Program-made: the position numbers and the translations under genes
Shown here: piece after piece, positions 1-10,462 of the stretch
Layout: every line of letters begins with the position of its first letter
Position numbering within the stretch: position 1 is the stretch's first letter
NCBI GenBank assembly: GCA_965197585.1
Contig: OZ240215.1
Span: 1,824,001 to 1,888,000 of the forward strand
From: Dehalococcoidia bacterium
Lineage (GTDB): Bacteria > Chloroflexota > Dehalococcoidia > Plut-88900
Direction of reading: 5' to 3'
Length of the DNA stretch: 64,000 bases
The notes under the pieces: generated by a model
What the model saw: the letters and a program-made list of their open reading frames with translations, nothing else
The model's database searches: none
What the model was told of the DNA's origin: nothing

Positions 1-14
1 GACAAGCTAGCGGC

Positions 15-878
15 ATGATTGCTGATAGCGTGAGCATGGGCCTGTTGGCGGCCCTGGGCTTCGGACTGGCCGAGTTCGCTAGCGCGCTGCTTGCCCGCAG
101 GACCAGCCACTTCAGGCTGATCTTCGGAGTAAACGTAGCTTCCGTGCTGGCCGCCACTGCCTATCTGCCCCTCGATGGGGGCATCATCCACACATCGAGC
201 CGGGAGTGGCTCACCTTCATCGGTCTCGGAGCCCTCTATAGCATGACCTACGTCCTGTATTACGCGTCCCTTCAACGTGGGCCCGTAGCCATCGTCAGCC
301 CGATCATGTCCGTCTACAAGGGAGTCGTCGTAATCCTGGCCGTCCTGATCCTTGCCGAGTCTCTGTCCCCGGGCCAGTCCTCAGGCACTGCCGCGGCCCT
401 GCTTGGCGTTTTCCTCGCATCGATAAACATCTCGGAACTGAAGGGCGGACGCATCGTCGTTGGAAGGGGCGTCTTCTTTGGATTCTTAGCCATGATCGCC
501 TTCGGGGTCTTCTACTACTCGGTCGCTGCCCTTTCAAAAGACCTCGGCTGGTTCCTGCCAATCTACATGATCAGGATGTTCACAGCTGTTCTAGTGACGC
601 CCCTCGCCATAAGGCAACGCCCCGAGCCCCACCAACGCCTAACCACCAGAATCACTTTGGCAATCCTCGCGATCGGCGCCATCGAGATCGGCGGAATGTT
701 CGCTTTCGCTAGGGGCGCTCAAGTGGGGAATGTGGCCATCGTCGCCGCCGTCTCGTCCGCCTACACCCTCGTCCCGATCGCTGGCGGCATCACCGTACTC
801 CGCGAGCGTCTGCACCCTATCCAGATTCTGGGGGTCGCATCGGTCGTGGTGGGAGTGCTTCTACTGAGCACAACTTGA
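15..878 (+). CDS. EamA/DMT family transporter
   Basis: 287 aa, about 10 hydrophobic helices in two repeats, GPVAIVSPI and LRERL motifs typical of EamA. Confidence 0.85.
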   Translation: MIADSVSMGLLAALGFGLAEFASALLARRTSHFRLIFGVNVASVLAATAYLPLDGGIIHTSSREWLTFIGLGALYSMTYVLYYASLQRGPVAIVSPIMSVYKGVVVILAVLILAESLSPGQSSGTAAALLGVFLASINISELKGGRIVVGRGVFFGFLAMIAFGVFYYSVAALSKDLGWFLPIYMIRMFTAVLVTPLAIRQRPEPHQRLTTRITLAILAIGAIEIGGMFAFARGAQVGNVAIVAAVSSAYTLVPIAGGITVLRERLHPIQILGVASVVVGVLLLSTT

Positions 879-1081
879 CTGCCTACAGAGCCTCCTAAAA
901 CTGACCGCGTCAGCACAGACACATCTCCACCCATGCCACTGAGATACGTCGGTTTCCACAAAACAACGATCTCACCGAGCCCCGCGCCAACTCTGCATTG
1001 TCCTTTAAGGACATTTAGGCAGCCCCAGGTTAAGCACTTGCCGACTGCCCTCGGAGTAATGCCGTAACCCGGGCCCCTTTG

Positions 1082-2317
1082 CTACCTTATGGCCCGAGCC
1101 ATACGCAATCGGCCCACAGGTTTGTCATTGATTGGGAAGTGCACAATAGCAGCGAACACCCCGAAGCCGACTCCCGCCCACCACATAGCGTCATAGGAAC
1201 CTGTGCGGTCGTAGAGCAACCCGCCCATCCACACTCCAATAAAGCTCCCGACCTGATGACTCAGGAAAACAAGACCAAACAGGGTGGCCATGAACTTGAG
1301 CCCAAATATCTGCGCCACTATCCCCGTGGTCAAAGGCACGGTTGACAGCCAAAGTAGTCCCATTGACGCCGCAAATAGATAAATTGTCAGCCCGTTGGCC
1401 GGGGCCATCAGAAGTCCCAGGATGATCAGTGCCCGGGTGAAATAGATGAAGGACAGCCCCATCTTCTTGGAGTATCGTTGCCCGAACGCTCCTGACGCCA
1501 GAGAACCAATAATGTTGAACAGGCCTACTAATGAAAGCGCATATGCGCCTGTCTGAGGAGAGAGACCGAGATCAGTGACGTACGTCGGGAAATGCACGGT
1601 GATAAATGCAACGTGGAACCCGCATACGAAGAAGCCCGCCGTTAGGAGCAGGTAGCTCCGATGATTTACCGCCTCGCCCAAGGCATTGGTCAGGCCCTGG
1701 TCCGATGCTGGTTCCCCTCTCGATTCCGAGCTGCCTCGAAGGCTGAACGCCAGGGGTATCAAGACCAATGAGACCACCGACATCACCAATAGGGAGTCGT
1801 ACCAGCCGTAGCGGGATATCAAGGCCTGATTGATCGGAGAAAAGATAACTTGGCCTAGAGATCCTGCGGCTGTCCCAAGCCCCAACGCCAGGGACCGCCG
1901 TGCAGGCCCGATAAGGCGAGCAATGGCCGCCAGCACCAGGGAGAACGAGCAGAAGGCTACTCCCAACCCGACTAGAATCCCTCCGGTCAGGTGTAGCGCA
2001 AGCCCGCTGTCCGACATCGCCATCCCGGCAATGCCAACAGAGTAAACCGCCGCCCCTAGGGCGACTACCTTGGCTGTCCCGAACCTGTCCGCAATCGCCC
2101 CGGCCACCGGTACGCCAATGCCCCACAACAAGTTCTGGATCGCCATCGCCAACGAAAAGGTCTCCCGAGACCATCCGTTGGCAACCGTCATTGGCTCCAG
2201 ATATATGCCGAAGCTGGCCCGGATTCCGAACCCGATAAGAGAGATCAGGCATGCCGTCGCGATCACCGCCACTACGGCAAAGCGTCCGGGATTAGTGCTG
2301 ATGTAGGCGTAGTTCAA
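1082..2317 (-). CDS. MFS transporter
   Basis: 411 aa, about 12 TM helices, MFS motif A GAIADRFG. Confidence 0.9.
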   Translation of the reverse strand: MNYAYISTNPGRFAVVAVIATACLISLIGFGIRASFGIYLEPMTVANGWSRETFSLAMAIQNLLWGIGVPVAGAIADRFGTAKVVALGAAVYSVGIAGMAMSDSGLALHLTGGILVGLGVAFCSFSLVLAAIARLIGPARRSLALGLGTAAGSLGQVIFSPINQALISRYGWYDSLLVMSVVSLVLIPLAFSLRGSSESRGEPASDQGLTNALGEAVNHRSYLLLTAGFFVCGFHVAFITVHFPTYVTDLGLSPQTGAYALSLVGLFNIIGSLASGAFGQRYSKKMGLSFIYFTRALIILGLLMAPANGLTIYLFAASMGLLWLSTVPLTTGIVAQIFGLKFMATLFGLVFLSHQVGSFIGVWMGGLLYDRTGSYDAMWWAGVGFGVFAAIVHFPINDKPVGRLRMARAIR

Positions 2318-2473
2318 GAGGGTTAATTTTGCAACAACTTAACGTCGTAGCGGGTGCGAAAGCCGATAGTTTTCTGTCGTAATTTCGCACGGCTTCTAAC
2401 TATACACGAGTGGAATAGGATGGCTTCAAGTCCACCGCCCACGAGTAGCGGACATCTAAATGTCTATGTCCTA

Positions 2474-3412
2474 CTACGAACCTTCGAGTTCGCCGTGCGA
2501 TTGTAGGGCGCGATGGGTGGCGATTCGCTGGGCGAGGTCGGGGAATGCAAGGTCAATCTCGTAACGGTAATCATCCCAGTAGCCATCCCGGCTGGGGTCG
2601 AAGTGCCGAGGTGGCGTGTCGCTGGCAAGAGCCAACTGTTTCATGCTCTGCTCGATCGTTCCTCGCTGTGCAGCGACTTCTTCAGGCGGGACAGGTGGAA
2701 GAACGGTGAGGCTCATGGACTGGTTGGTGCGAAGTGTGGGTGTAAATGGGTGCTCCCAGACACGGTGCCCACCCGTAACGACTACCGGGAGGATCGGACG
2801 CCCGAGGCGCTCCGCGAGATTGAAGGCTCCAGGCTGAAACGCGACTTCAATCCCGAGGATAGAACCTTGGGGGAATAGGAGGACGCTTTCTCCGGACTCG
2901 ATCGCAGCGCGGGCGTCGCGAAGGAGCGAACGCGTTGTCGATACCGGGCGCTCGGGCCGGATCAAAAGGTGCCGCCCGCGCTCCAGATGGCCGCCGAGAA
3001 CCGGGAACGCGGCAAGCTCGTCTCGGGCGACAACTGTGAACGAGAGTGGTAGATGTAGGAGCGCGAGGCCGTCGGCGAAGCCCTCGTGAAGTGCTACAAC
3101 CACGTACTGTTCGTCCGGGTCGATGTGTTCGAGGCCATTAATTCGGATGCGCAGACCAAGTAGGCGGGCGGCGAGCCGAGCCCACCAACGCTCCGCGGCC
3201 CGGCAGGCAGCCCGGCCTCGTATGGGCAACAGGTTTGGCAGCGCCGTAGCGAGTCGAAGTACGAGCCTTGCAGGACCGAGCAGTATGAGGACGGCTGCCC
3301 ACGCCCTAAGCCATTCCCGAGTGGAGCCGACAGCGAGATAGCCGCCGAGAAGGATGCGTGAAGCGCCGTCCGAGGCGACGGCGGCGACGGAAGCAGTATC
3401 GTCAGGCGTCAT
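2474..3412 (-). CDS. Lysophospholipid (PlsC-like) acyltransferase
   Basis: HEGFAD (HX4D) and FPQG motifs; likely ATG at 3412 overlaps the end of the upstream gene. Confidence 0.8.
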   Translation of the reverse strand: MTPDDTASVAAVASDGASRILLGGYLAVGSTREWLRAWAAVLILLGPARLVLRLATALPNLLPIRGRAACRAAERWWARLAARLLGLRIRINGLEHIDPDEQYVVVALHEGFADGLALLHLPLSFTVVARDELAAFPVLGGHLERGRHLLIRPERPVSTTRSLLRDARAAIESGESVLLFPQGSILGIEVAFQPGAFNLAERLGRPILPVVVTGGHRVWEHPFTPTLRTNQSMSLTVLPPVPPEEVAAQRGTIEQSMKQLALASDTPPRHFDPSRDGYWDDYRYEIDLAFPDLAQRIATHRALQSHGELEGS

Positions 3413-3740
3413 CGGCGACGGCGGTTCGGGCGTCCCCCACGAGGGCGAAGCGGAGCCCATCTTCATCGGGGACGACACCCTGGGTGCTGACCTTCCCGTT
3501 GATCGTAACTACAGGCGGGTGCCATCCGCCGCGGCGCAGGGCATCAATAATGTGGTTGAACCACGGCTTGATGCGAACTTCGATGTGGGGTAGGTCAGAA
3601 GCAATGCGCTGGACCAAGCGAACGGTTAAGTCGCACTCCTCGCAGACGGCGTGAGGCACGTTGAAGAACAGTTGCCGGCCGGTCATCGGATACACGGTCA
3701 CGACGGTCGGGGCTTGGGCGTCACTCGATGAGTCAATCAT
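3402..3740 (-). CDS. Small thioredoxin/glutaredoxin-like protein
   Basis: CEEC motif and HPPVVTING segment typical of the thioredoxin fold. Confidence 0.65.
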   Translation of the reverse strand: MIDSSSDAQAPTVVTVYPMTGRQLFFNVPHAVCEECDLTVRLVQRIASDLPHIEVRIKPWFNHIIDALRRGGWHPPVVTINGKVSTQGVVPDEDGLRFALVGDARTAVADDA

Positions 3741-3754
3741 TCAGTCGAAGTACT

Positions 3755-4903
3755 TTAGGAATCGAGCCCGTACAGATTTACAGCGTTCTCCCCTATGATC
3801 TGTCTCTGCTCCTCCTCGGGAAGATGGCGAATGCTCTCCTTCAACTCCGTCAGCGGCTCGGCGTGGCCTTCTGCGTGTGGGTAATCGGAACCCCAGACCA
3901 GCTTATCGGCGCCCAGCATCTGCGCGGTAAACGAAAATGCCTTTTCGTCCGGCTCGCCCGATATCCAGCACTGCCGCTTGAAGTAGTCGCTGGGCATCAT
4001 CGCTGCTCCCGGGTTGTTCCTCATGGCCGAGTCCATGGCATCCAGCCACGCGGGCATCCAACCGCAATGGGCCTCCACTACACCCAGCTTCAGGCGTGGA
4101 AAACGGTCAAACACGCCTCCCTGGAAGAAGGTAGTGAACCCTAGCTGGCAGTCCAGCTTTTGCATCAGGTCGAACCACCACCCGTTGCTGGTGAAGGTAG
4201 CCTTGTACAGATCGTTGCCCACGAACCTGGGGGTGCTGCTGACGTGGATGCCGATGGGCAAGCCTGCTTCCTCCACCTCGGCCCAGAACGGATCGTAGTA
4301 AGTCTCTCCGTATGGGATTCCGTTTACCGGCGGGTTCGGAAACATGTACACCCCCTTCGCCCCGAGCCTCGCCGTCCGTTTGACCTCCTCGACTCCGTTC
4401 TCCACTTCCATGAGCGAGACCATTGCGATGGGAATTAGCCTGTCCGGGTAGGGTCGGCAAAAATCTATGATCCAGTCGTTGTACACTCGGCAGTAAGCTG
4501 CTGCGAGACCGGCATCTCCGCACTCCGTCTGCCAGTTCAACCCCAGCGAGGGATAGAGGAAGGCGAGATCGATGCCCTGTTCGGTCATCCACTCTATTCG
4601 AGCATGAGGGTCCCTGGACCCGGGGGTCCTGCAATCCTCCCAGTTTAGGAGCTCCGGCTTATGCTCTTTCAATCTCCAGGCCGCCCCTTCGTCCAAAGTT
4701 CCGAGCCCTCCCAGGGCTCCGTTAAGGACCTCGGACCCCCTGCCGTCTATCTCCAGGTAGTCGAGTCCATCCTCACCGCTTACCACCTGCATAGCCCTAT
4801 CCCGATATCGAGGTTCCAGGTTCTCCTTCCACAGGTCTCCGGGCTCCATGATGTGCCCGTCGGCATCCGCTACCACCCCGTTATGTCTACCATTGGCACC
4901 CAT
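3755..4903 (-). CDS. Amidohydrolase (Amidohydro_2) family protein
   Basis: DADGH metal motif and WGSDYPH motif; start taken at ATG 4903 after AAGGGAG. Confidence 0.9.
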   Translation of the reverse strand: MGANGRHNGVVADADGHIMEPGDLWKENLEPRYRDRAMQVVSGEDGLDYLEIDGRGSEVLNGALGGLGTLDEGAAWRLKEHKPELLNWEDCRTPGSRDPHARIEWMTEQGIDLAFLYPSLGLNWQTECGDAGLAAAYCRVYNDWIIDFCRPYPDRLIPIAMVSLMEVENGVEEVKRTARLGAKGVYMFPNPPVNGIPYGETYYDPFWAEVEEAGLPIGIHVSSTPRFVGNDLYKATFTSNGWWFDLMQKLDCQLGFTTFFQGGVFDRFPRLKLGVVEAHCGWMPAWLDAMDSAMRNNPGAAMMPSDYFKRQCWISGEPDEKAFSFTAQMLGADKLVWGSDYPHAEGHAEPLTELKESIRHLPEEEQRQIIGENAVNLYGLDS

Positions 4904-5161
4904 ATTTCTGATCTCCCTTCTAACACCCCTCGAACTCGGCAAGCGGCCCTGGATCAATTAGGTTTTCTCAATCTCCTCGGATTCTTGGCGTAAGCATGAT
5001 AACGGGCTTGTCGTATGAACGCCAATTCACTTCCTCTGACCATACCGGCAAAATTCTGGTGTAACTAGGTTATATGCAGCGTCAGAGGGGATCGCCAATC
5101 CGAAGCCTCCTTCCCGCCGGAGCACCGGTGTTAAAATCGACGGTCTAGGAGGCTGATCATT

Positions 5162-5584
5162 ATGCAAACGCTTTCAGTCGAAGAGGCAATTCAAAAGCCG
5201 GCCCCTCAAGTGTGGGAGGCCCTCACCGATTGGACGAACGCCCACAGGTGGATGCCCGGAATCGAAGGGATGACTGCAGGGGGAGAAACCGCCATAGGTA
5301 CGAAACTGACTTTCCGAGCCCGTGGCGCGGATCGCTCAAGCACCATCATCCACTGTGACATTGGTCGATCAATAGTCCTGCGTTCGATCCAGGGCGGTGT
5401 GACTGCGGATTACACATACGAAGTGCACGAGATAGACGAGCGTTCCTCCCGAGTCACCTTGGTCGCCAATTGTCAGATCACGGGGCTATGGTGGAAACTG
5501 GCGTCACCCCTGCTTCGTCTGGCAATCCGATTCTCCGACGGCAAGCAGCTAAGACTGTTAAAGGCCATGGTTGAGGAAAGCTAA
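5162..5584 (+). CDS. SRPBCC/polyketide cyclase family protein
   Basis: N-terminal PAPQVWEALTDW..WMP pattern; RBS AGGAGG. Confidence 0.8.
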   Translation: MQTLSVEEAIQKPAPQVWEALTDWTNAHRWMPGIEGMTAGGETAIGTKLTFRARGADRSSTIIHCDIGRSIVLRSIQGGVTADYTYEVHEIDERSSRVTLVANCQITGLWWKLASPLLRLAIRFSDGKQLRLLKAMVEES

Positions 5585-5674
5585 TTCGGGTCATTCTCGC
5601 TGAAGTTTAGCCTGCCATTCTGGCCGATAGCGCCAATAGACAATCGATACCTTTCGAATACAACTCCGCGGCGG

Positions 5675-7480
5675 CTATGCAAAAGTTCCCTGCATGGGGT
5701 GCACTCCTTTGCTATCCTTCCAGTTCTTGGCCTGTTTCAGCATCTCTAGAGCGTTGGCGCGGGTTGCGCCGCTATCGGAGCCCAGCATCTGACTGAGTTC
5801 CGACACCCTGTCCTCGCCGTCCAGCGCCTCCACCGATGTCACGGTCCTATCATGTGAGGCAAGTTTTGTAACCTTAGCGTGGTGGTCTGCGTAGCACGCT
5901 ATTTGCGGGAGGTGAGTTACGCAAAGCACCTGGTGGCTCTTGGACAGACCCCATAGCTTCTGGCCCAGTACGCTCCCGACTCGACCCCCTATACCCGCAT
6001 CGATTTCGTCGAACACCAGTATTGGTATTTGGTCAGCCGTGGAAAGGATGGTCTTTATGGCAAGCATAAGCCGAGACGCTTCTCCCCCGGAGGCGACCCT
6101 GGCCAGGGGCCGGGGCGGCTCGCCCAGGTTCAGCGAGATCAAGAATTCCACGGAGTCTATACCTGTCCCGTTGTACGCTAGGTGCCTGATCGACTCCCCA
6201 CCCAAAGAAGATGTTGCGTTCGGGCCCGGACCCGCGGTCCCAACCGGCACCCCGTCCTCCGACTCTGATTGACGAATATCAACCAACACTTGGGCATGTC
6301 CCAAGGCCAACCCGGCCACCTCTTCCTGTATGGCATCAGCCAGGCGCTTGGCTGCGTGTTGCCGAGCTTCGGAGAGCTGACCCGCCAGCCTGCCCACCTG
6401 CCTTCGAATATCGATCTCTCGGGACTTCAACTCCTCCACACGCTCTTCGCTGTAATCTAGCTTTTCCAGCTCCTGCGAGGCCCGCTCGCCGAAGGCCAGG
6501 ATTTCTTCGATCGTACCGCCGTACTTCCTTTTGAGATTGTTGATTAAGTCCAACCGCTCCTCAAGCTCTTGAAGACGCGCCGGGCTGTATTCGATGCCAT
6601 CGCGATAGTTTCTCAGTCCATGCGCCAAATCCTCCACCTGGTGCGTCAAGGCGTCTACCAACTCAACAGTCTGGCTCAATGAGGGGTCCAGCCGCTCCAG
6701 TTGGGAAAGGTCCTTGGATACCTGCCCCATAAGGTCAATGACCGATTCGTGCCGGTCGAAACTATCGTATAGCGCTCGGTAGGCGTGGTCGGACAATGTG
6801 ATAATTTGCTCTGCATTGGCGACCCGGTCCCTCTCTATAGTGAGGTCATCATCTTCAGCTGGGCGTAGATTTGCCGTGCTGATCTCTCCTGCCTGATACC
6901 TCAGAAAATCAACCCGTTGAGCAAGCTCCTTTTCATCCTTCCGAAGCTGTTCTAGCTCTTGGCGAACTTCAGTTAGTTGGCGGACCACCCCTGCCACTTC
7001 GGTGCGAAGCTGCCCTAGCCCCCCGTACTTGTCCAGGATATCCATGTGCTCACGTACTCGGAGAAGGGATAGGTGTTGATTTTGGCCGTGAATGTCCACC
7101 AGGTGTTGGGCCAATGTGCTTAACAGCCTGAGAGGTACGATTCGCCCGTTCACGCGGCAGGTGTTGCGCCCATCCACGTTGACCTCCCGAGCGAGAATCA
7201 TCTCCTCTTCTCCGACGTGAATTTCGTACTCAGCCAGAGCAGCATCGATTTTCTGAGAGATGTCGCCGCCAAGCAGAAAAATGCCCTCTACCCTGGACCG
7301 GCGAGCCCCGGAACGTACCATGCCGACATCGGCGCGCCCTCCGAGTAGAAGACTCAGCGCATCCACGATGATCGACTTGCCCGCTCCCGTCTCCCCGGTC
7401 AGCACACCAAAACCGGGCGCCAACTCTATTTCGAGCTGTTCTATGGTGGCGAAGTTGGTGACACTGAGGAGTCTGAGCAT
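5675..7480 (-). CDS. recN: DNA repair protein RecN
   Basis: GETGAGKS Walker A, long coiled coil, ASGGE signature, VFDEIDAGIGG, THLPQIA. Confidence 0.97.
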   Translation of the reverse strand: MLRLLSVTNFATIEQLEIELAPGFGVLTGETGAGKSIIVDALSLLLGGRADVGMVRSGARRSRVEGIFLLGGDISQKIDAALAEYEIHVGEEEMILAREVNVDGRNTCRVNGRIVPLRLLSTLAQHLVDIHGQNQHLSLLRVREHMDILDKYGGLGQLRTEVAGVVRQLTEVRQELEQLRKDEKELAQRVDFLRYQAGEISTANLRPAEDDDLTIERDRVANAEQIITLSDHAYRALYDSFDRHESVIDLMGQVSKDLSQLERLDPSLSQTVELVDALTHQVEDLAHGLRNYRDGIEYSPARLQELEERLDLINNLKRKYGGTIEEILAFGERASQELEKLDYSEERVEELKSREIDIRRQVGRLAGQLSEARQHAAKRLADAIQEEVAGLALGHAQVLVDIRQSESEDGVPVGTAGPGPNATSSLGGESIRHLAYNGTGIDSVEFLISLNLGEPPRPLARVASGGEASRLMLAIKTILSTADQIPILVFDEIDAGIGGRVGSVLGQKLWGLSKSHQVLCVTHLPQIACYADHHAKVTKLASHDRTVTSVEALDGEDRVSELSQMLGSDSGATRANALEMLKQAKNWKDSKGVHPMQGTFA

Positions 7481-7691
7481 GGCTATGTCCGAAACTCAAC
7501 CCTTCCGGGCAATGCCCTTTGGCCTACCGGGGTGGAATCGAACCGGAGATTGGCCAACCAGCGGCTATGGCACTTGGCTTAACCGTTGGAAAAACCTTCA
7601 TCCCTTACGCAGATGCGGCAAGCACATAGGAGAGTGACATCAAATTCCAAAGCTACATTCAAGACGAAGGTTCTTGATTTTGACCAAACTC

Positions 7692-7766
7692 TGGTGAGCC
7701 GTGTGGGATTCGAACCCACGACACCCGGATTAAAAGTCCGGTGCTCTTCCGCTGAGCTAACGGCTC
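7692..7766 (-). tRNA. tRNA-Lys (TTT)
   Basis: Minus strand GAGCCGTTAGCTCAG...CCGGA CT TTT AA TCCGG...GTTCGAATC...CGGCTCACCA folds as a cloverleaf. Confidence 0.97.
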
Positions 7767-7881
7767 CCGAGCCCAATATTGGCACCCGTCCATCCCAGTG
7801 TCAATTTACCCTTGCACCTTCTCCTCCATCATCCCCGTGTTCGACCCAGGCATCCAGTGCTTAGGCGAGATGTAGGAAACC

Positions 7882-8466
7882 CTACCCACCCCCCGGACGC
7901 GCGATGGGTGTCCCTTTCTGGCACTCCGGGCACTCCTCAGGTTGATATACCGGGACTTCCACCTGATGACAGCTGTAAAGTGGCGCTCCCACCTCCACCC
8001 CTCCCCCCGAGCGATCAATCAGCACCCCCACCCCTACAACCTCCCCTCCACAATCTCCAACGGCATTGACCACGTCTACCACCGACCCTCCGGTAGTGAG
8101 AATATCGTCCACAATAAGCGTCTTCTCCCCAGACCCTACACTCAACCCCCGACGAAAGCCCCTGCCTTCTCCCACTCTCTCCGCATAGACGGCCCTCACT
8201 CCCATTAGTCTAGCCACCTCATACGCCAGTATCACCCCACCCAACGCCGGCCCCGCCACTACCTCCACTCCCGACCCCTCGAAGTGTTCGGCCACCATCC
8301 GGCACAAGCGGCCGGTGTATTCCGGGTATTGCAGCAGCCGGAACTTCTCCAGATATCTCGGCGAATGTAGTCCCGAGGTTAGAACAAAGTGTCCGTCCAG
8401 CACTACACTGGTCCTCGCCAACATATCGGCTACGCTGTCCCTGTCCACTGGATTGTCTTTGCTCAT
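7882..8466 (-). CDS. pyrE: Orotate phosphoribosyltransferase
   Basis: GHFVLTSGLHS and PRPP motif LIVDDILTTGGS; ATG 8466 overlaps the lepB stop (ATGA). Confidence 0.93.
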   Translation of the reverse strand: MSKDNPVDRDSVADMLARTSVVLDGHFVLTSGLHSPRYLEKFRLLQYPEYTGRLCRMVAEHFEGSGVEVVAGPALGGVILAYEVARLMGVRAVYAERVGEGRGFRRGLSVGSGEKTLIVDDILTTGGSVVDVVNAVGDCGGEVVGVGVLIDRSGGGVEVGAPLYSCHQVEVPVYQPEECPECQKGTPIARPGGG

Positions 8467-9065
8467 TCCTCTGACTCCGGTTCGATTTGAAAGCTGTCCA
8501 CGGTCCCAAAATCTCCTGGCGGCCAGTAGGCCAGCCACGCCTTCCCAACAATCTGGCTCTTATAAATGGGCCCAAAAGTGTTCGAATCGTTGCTCCGGGG
8601 TCGGTTGTCTCCCAGTACAAAGTAGTGGTCCTCAGGAATCGTGCTCTCATCACGGTCCCTGGTATTCCCCAGCACGTACGGCTCGGAAATCGAGTGTCCG
8701 TTAATCTTGACAATCCCGTCCTCTATCTCCAGCGAGTCCCCCGGCAGCGCCACTATCCGTTTCACCAGTCTCTTCTCCATTTCTTGTGGAGATCTGATAA
8801 CCACCACGTCTCCCCTCTCTGGCTCTCCGAACAAGTGAAACTCCGACCCCTCGTCAACTTCGTAGAATGGGATAAACTTGGAGAGCCCTTCTACGTCCAG
8901 GGACATGTACGCAGCCTTGTTAACTATCACGTGCTGTCCGGAATGCAGGTTTGGCTCCATACTCTGCCCCAGCACTTGGTAGTTCTGTAACACGGCCTGC
9001 ACCACGAAGAAGAATACGGCAGCCAGCGCCAGTGCCTTAACAACATCGAGCAGCGATCTTTTCAT
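8463..9065 (-). CDS. lepB: Signal peptidase I
   Basis: N-terminal TM, QSMEPNL (Ser), LVKRIVALPGD (Lys), GDNRPRSNDS. Confidence 0.95.
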   Translation of the reverse strand: MKRSLLDVVKALALAAVFFFVVQAVLQNYQVLGQSMEPNLHSGQHVIVNKAAYMSLDVEGLSKFIPFYEVDEGSEFHLFGEPERGDVVVIRSPQEMEKRLVKRIVALPGDSLEIEDGIVKINGHSISEPYVLGNTRDRDESTIPEDHYFVLGDNRPRSNDSNTFGPIYKSQIVGKAWLAYWPPGDFGTVDSFQIEPESEE

Positions 9066-9243
9066 CTCATTGGAAGCCTTGGACCCGAAGCATGATACTT
9101 GGAGTCCAATTATATCCGAGCCACCTGACCCCTGCCCCCGACCCTGTGGAACAAATCTGATGGCTAATTCGTCTTAGCAATGAATACGGGAAGCTAAATT
9201 GCCCGTCTCGGGCAAACCAAAATCCAACGCCCGTGGAGGAAAA

Positions 9244-10005
9244 ATGAGAAATCTCAAAAATGTCCTGGTCATCGTCGCCGTGCTGGCCATCGCCCTTGTC
9301 GCTGCTATCGCTTGTGGCGCGACAACGGAAGACCCCCCAACCCCTACCCCCGAGTCCAGTTCCGCTAATGCTCCCCAGGGCGGAATCTCCGTATCCGGGA
9401 CTGCGTCTATCTCCCTTGCCCCGGACACAGCCACTATCGTACTTGGCGTCGAGGCTCTGCATGAAACCGTAGCCCAAGCCCGCGCCGACGCCGCTGCCGC
9501 GATGACCAATATCGTAGACGTCCTCGCCGCTGCCGGCGTTGCAGATGAGGACATACAGACCCAACACCTTTCCATTCAGCCCCAATACGACTATAGCGGC
9601 GAGACCCGGGAGCTGAAGGGTTTCACCGTAGTTAACATCGTCAACGTCACTATCCGGGACATCGAGTCCGTTGGCGCCGTCATCGACCAAACCGTCGACG
9701 CTGGCGGCGACCTCACCCGCATCCAGTCTATCTACTTCTCCGTCGACGACACTTCCTCTTACGAAGATCAGCTCATCGAGGAGGCCGTACAGGACGCCAC
9801 GGCCAAGGCCCAACGCCTCGCCGATCTCACCGGCGTTACCCTCGGCAAACCTCTCTCCATCAACTACGGAGGCGGCGTCCCTTATCCCGTATTCGATCGC
9901 TCCTTTGGCATCGCAATGGCCGAATCCGCCGCCTTTGACACCCCCATCAGCGCCGGAGAAGTCGAGACCTCCGTCACCGTAAGCATCATCTTCGCCATCA
10001 ATTAA
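9244..10005 (+). CDS. SIMPL (DUF541) domain lipoprotein
   Basis: Lipoprotein signal (AAIAC), GISVSGTA..PDTA, DIQT, AKAQRLA motifs; RBS GGAGGA. Confidence 0.88.
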   Translation: MRNLKNVLVIVAVLAIALVAAIACGATTEDPPTPTPESSSANAPQGGISVSGTASISLAPDTATIVLGVEALHETVAQARADAAAAMTNIVDVLAAAGVADEDIQTQHLSIQPQYDYSGETRELKGFTVVNIVNVTIRDIESVGAVIDQTVDAGGDLTRIQSIYFSVDDTSSYEDQLIEEAVQDATAKAQRLADLTGVTLGKPLSINYGGGVPYPVFDRSFGIAMAESAAFDTPISAGEVETSVTVSIIFAIN

Positions 10006-10026
10006 CCCCCCACCACCCACCTGTTA

Positions 10027-10067
10027 AAGAAAACGGGGCGATTGCTAAGCAATCGCCCCGTTTTCTT
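10027..10067. terminator. Bidirectional intrinsic terminator
   Basis: Inverted repeat AAGAAAACGGGGCGATTGCT-A-AGCAATCGCCCCGTTTTCTT with A/T tracts, just after the SIMPL gene. Confidence 0.85.
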
Positions 10068-10106
10068 ATCCAAGTCCCTTTAAGAATCAAATCCCCCTTC
10101 TCAGAC

Positions 10107-10380
10107 GATACCTTTGCACATTCGTCATCCCCGCCCCTGACCCGGCTCACAAAGTATGGCCTTTCCATTCCTAGGAGGCGGGGTATTCCGCTCGCCCTGT
10201 CGTAGATCAGCTGAGGGGGAAGCCGAGTCGAAGGGTCTCAAGAGCGGAATGGGTGGGGCTTCTCCGCCCCAACACCATGAGTTACGCAAACCTCCCTCGA
10301 TGGGCCGTAGGTGCGCCTCTGGCGTGAGAAAGCTAGAGCCTGCCCTGTGATGAGTCGAAGGGGTGAGGGTATTCCCCTCC
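10107..10380. repeat. Composite REP/MITE-like repeat cluster
   Basis: Degenerate GATACCTTTGCA..GTTACGCAAA ends; GAGTCGAAGGGTCTCAAG and CTAGAGCCTGCCC modules shared with 42.9 kb and 45.9 kb. Confidence 0.6.
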
Positions 10381-10462
10381 CCCTAGACCACCCACCCGCG
10401 TATTGCTAATATATCCCATCCGCACCATAACTCACCTTGTCGGACACCCATCGGAGTTTAGA

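Noticed and set aside
887-1026. MITE bounded by GAGCCTCCTAAA / TTTAGGCAGCCC
   Set aside because: The inverted match is too weak and there is no second copy in the window.
5646-5690. IS5-type TIR pair at the recN 3' end
   Set aside because: Too many mismatches to GAGACCTTTGCGTAAC, and it overlaps coding sequence.
9067-10020. 317-aa minus-strand ORF, and similar long antisense ORFs such as 32956-34059, 21502-22329 and 30613-31449
   Set aside because: Shadows of well-supported opposite-strand genes in GC-rich DNA.
10070-10460. FMN riboswitch before dcd-rib
   Set aside because: No RFN consensus; the region consists of REP modules.
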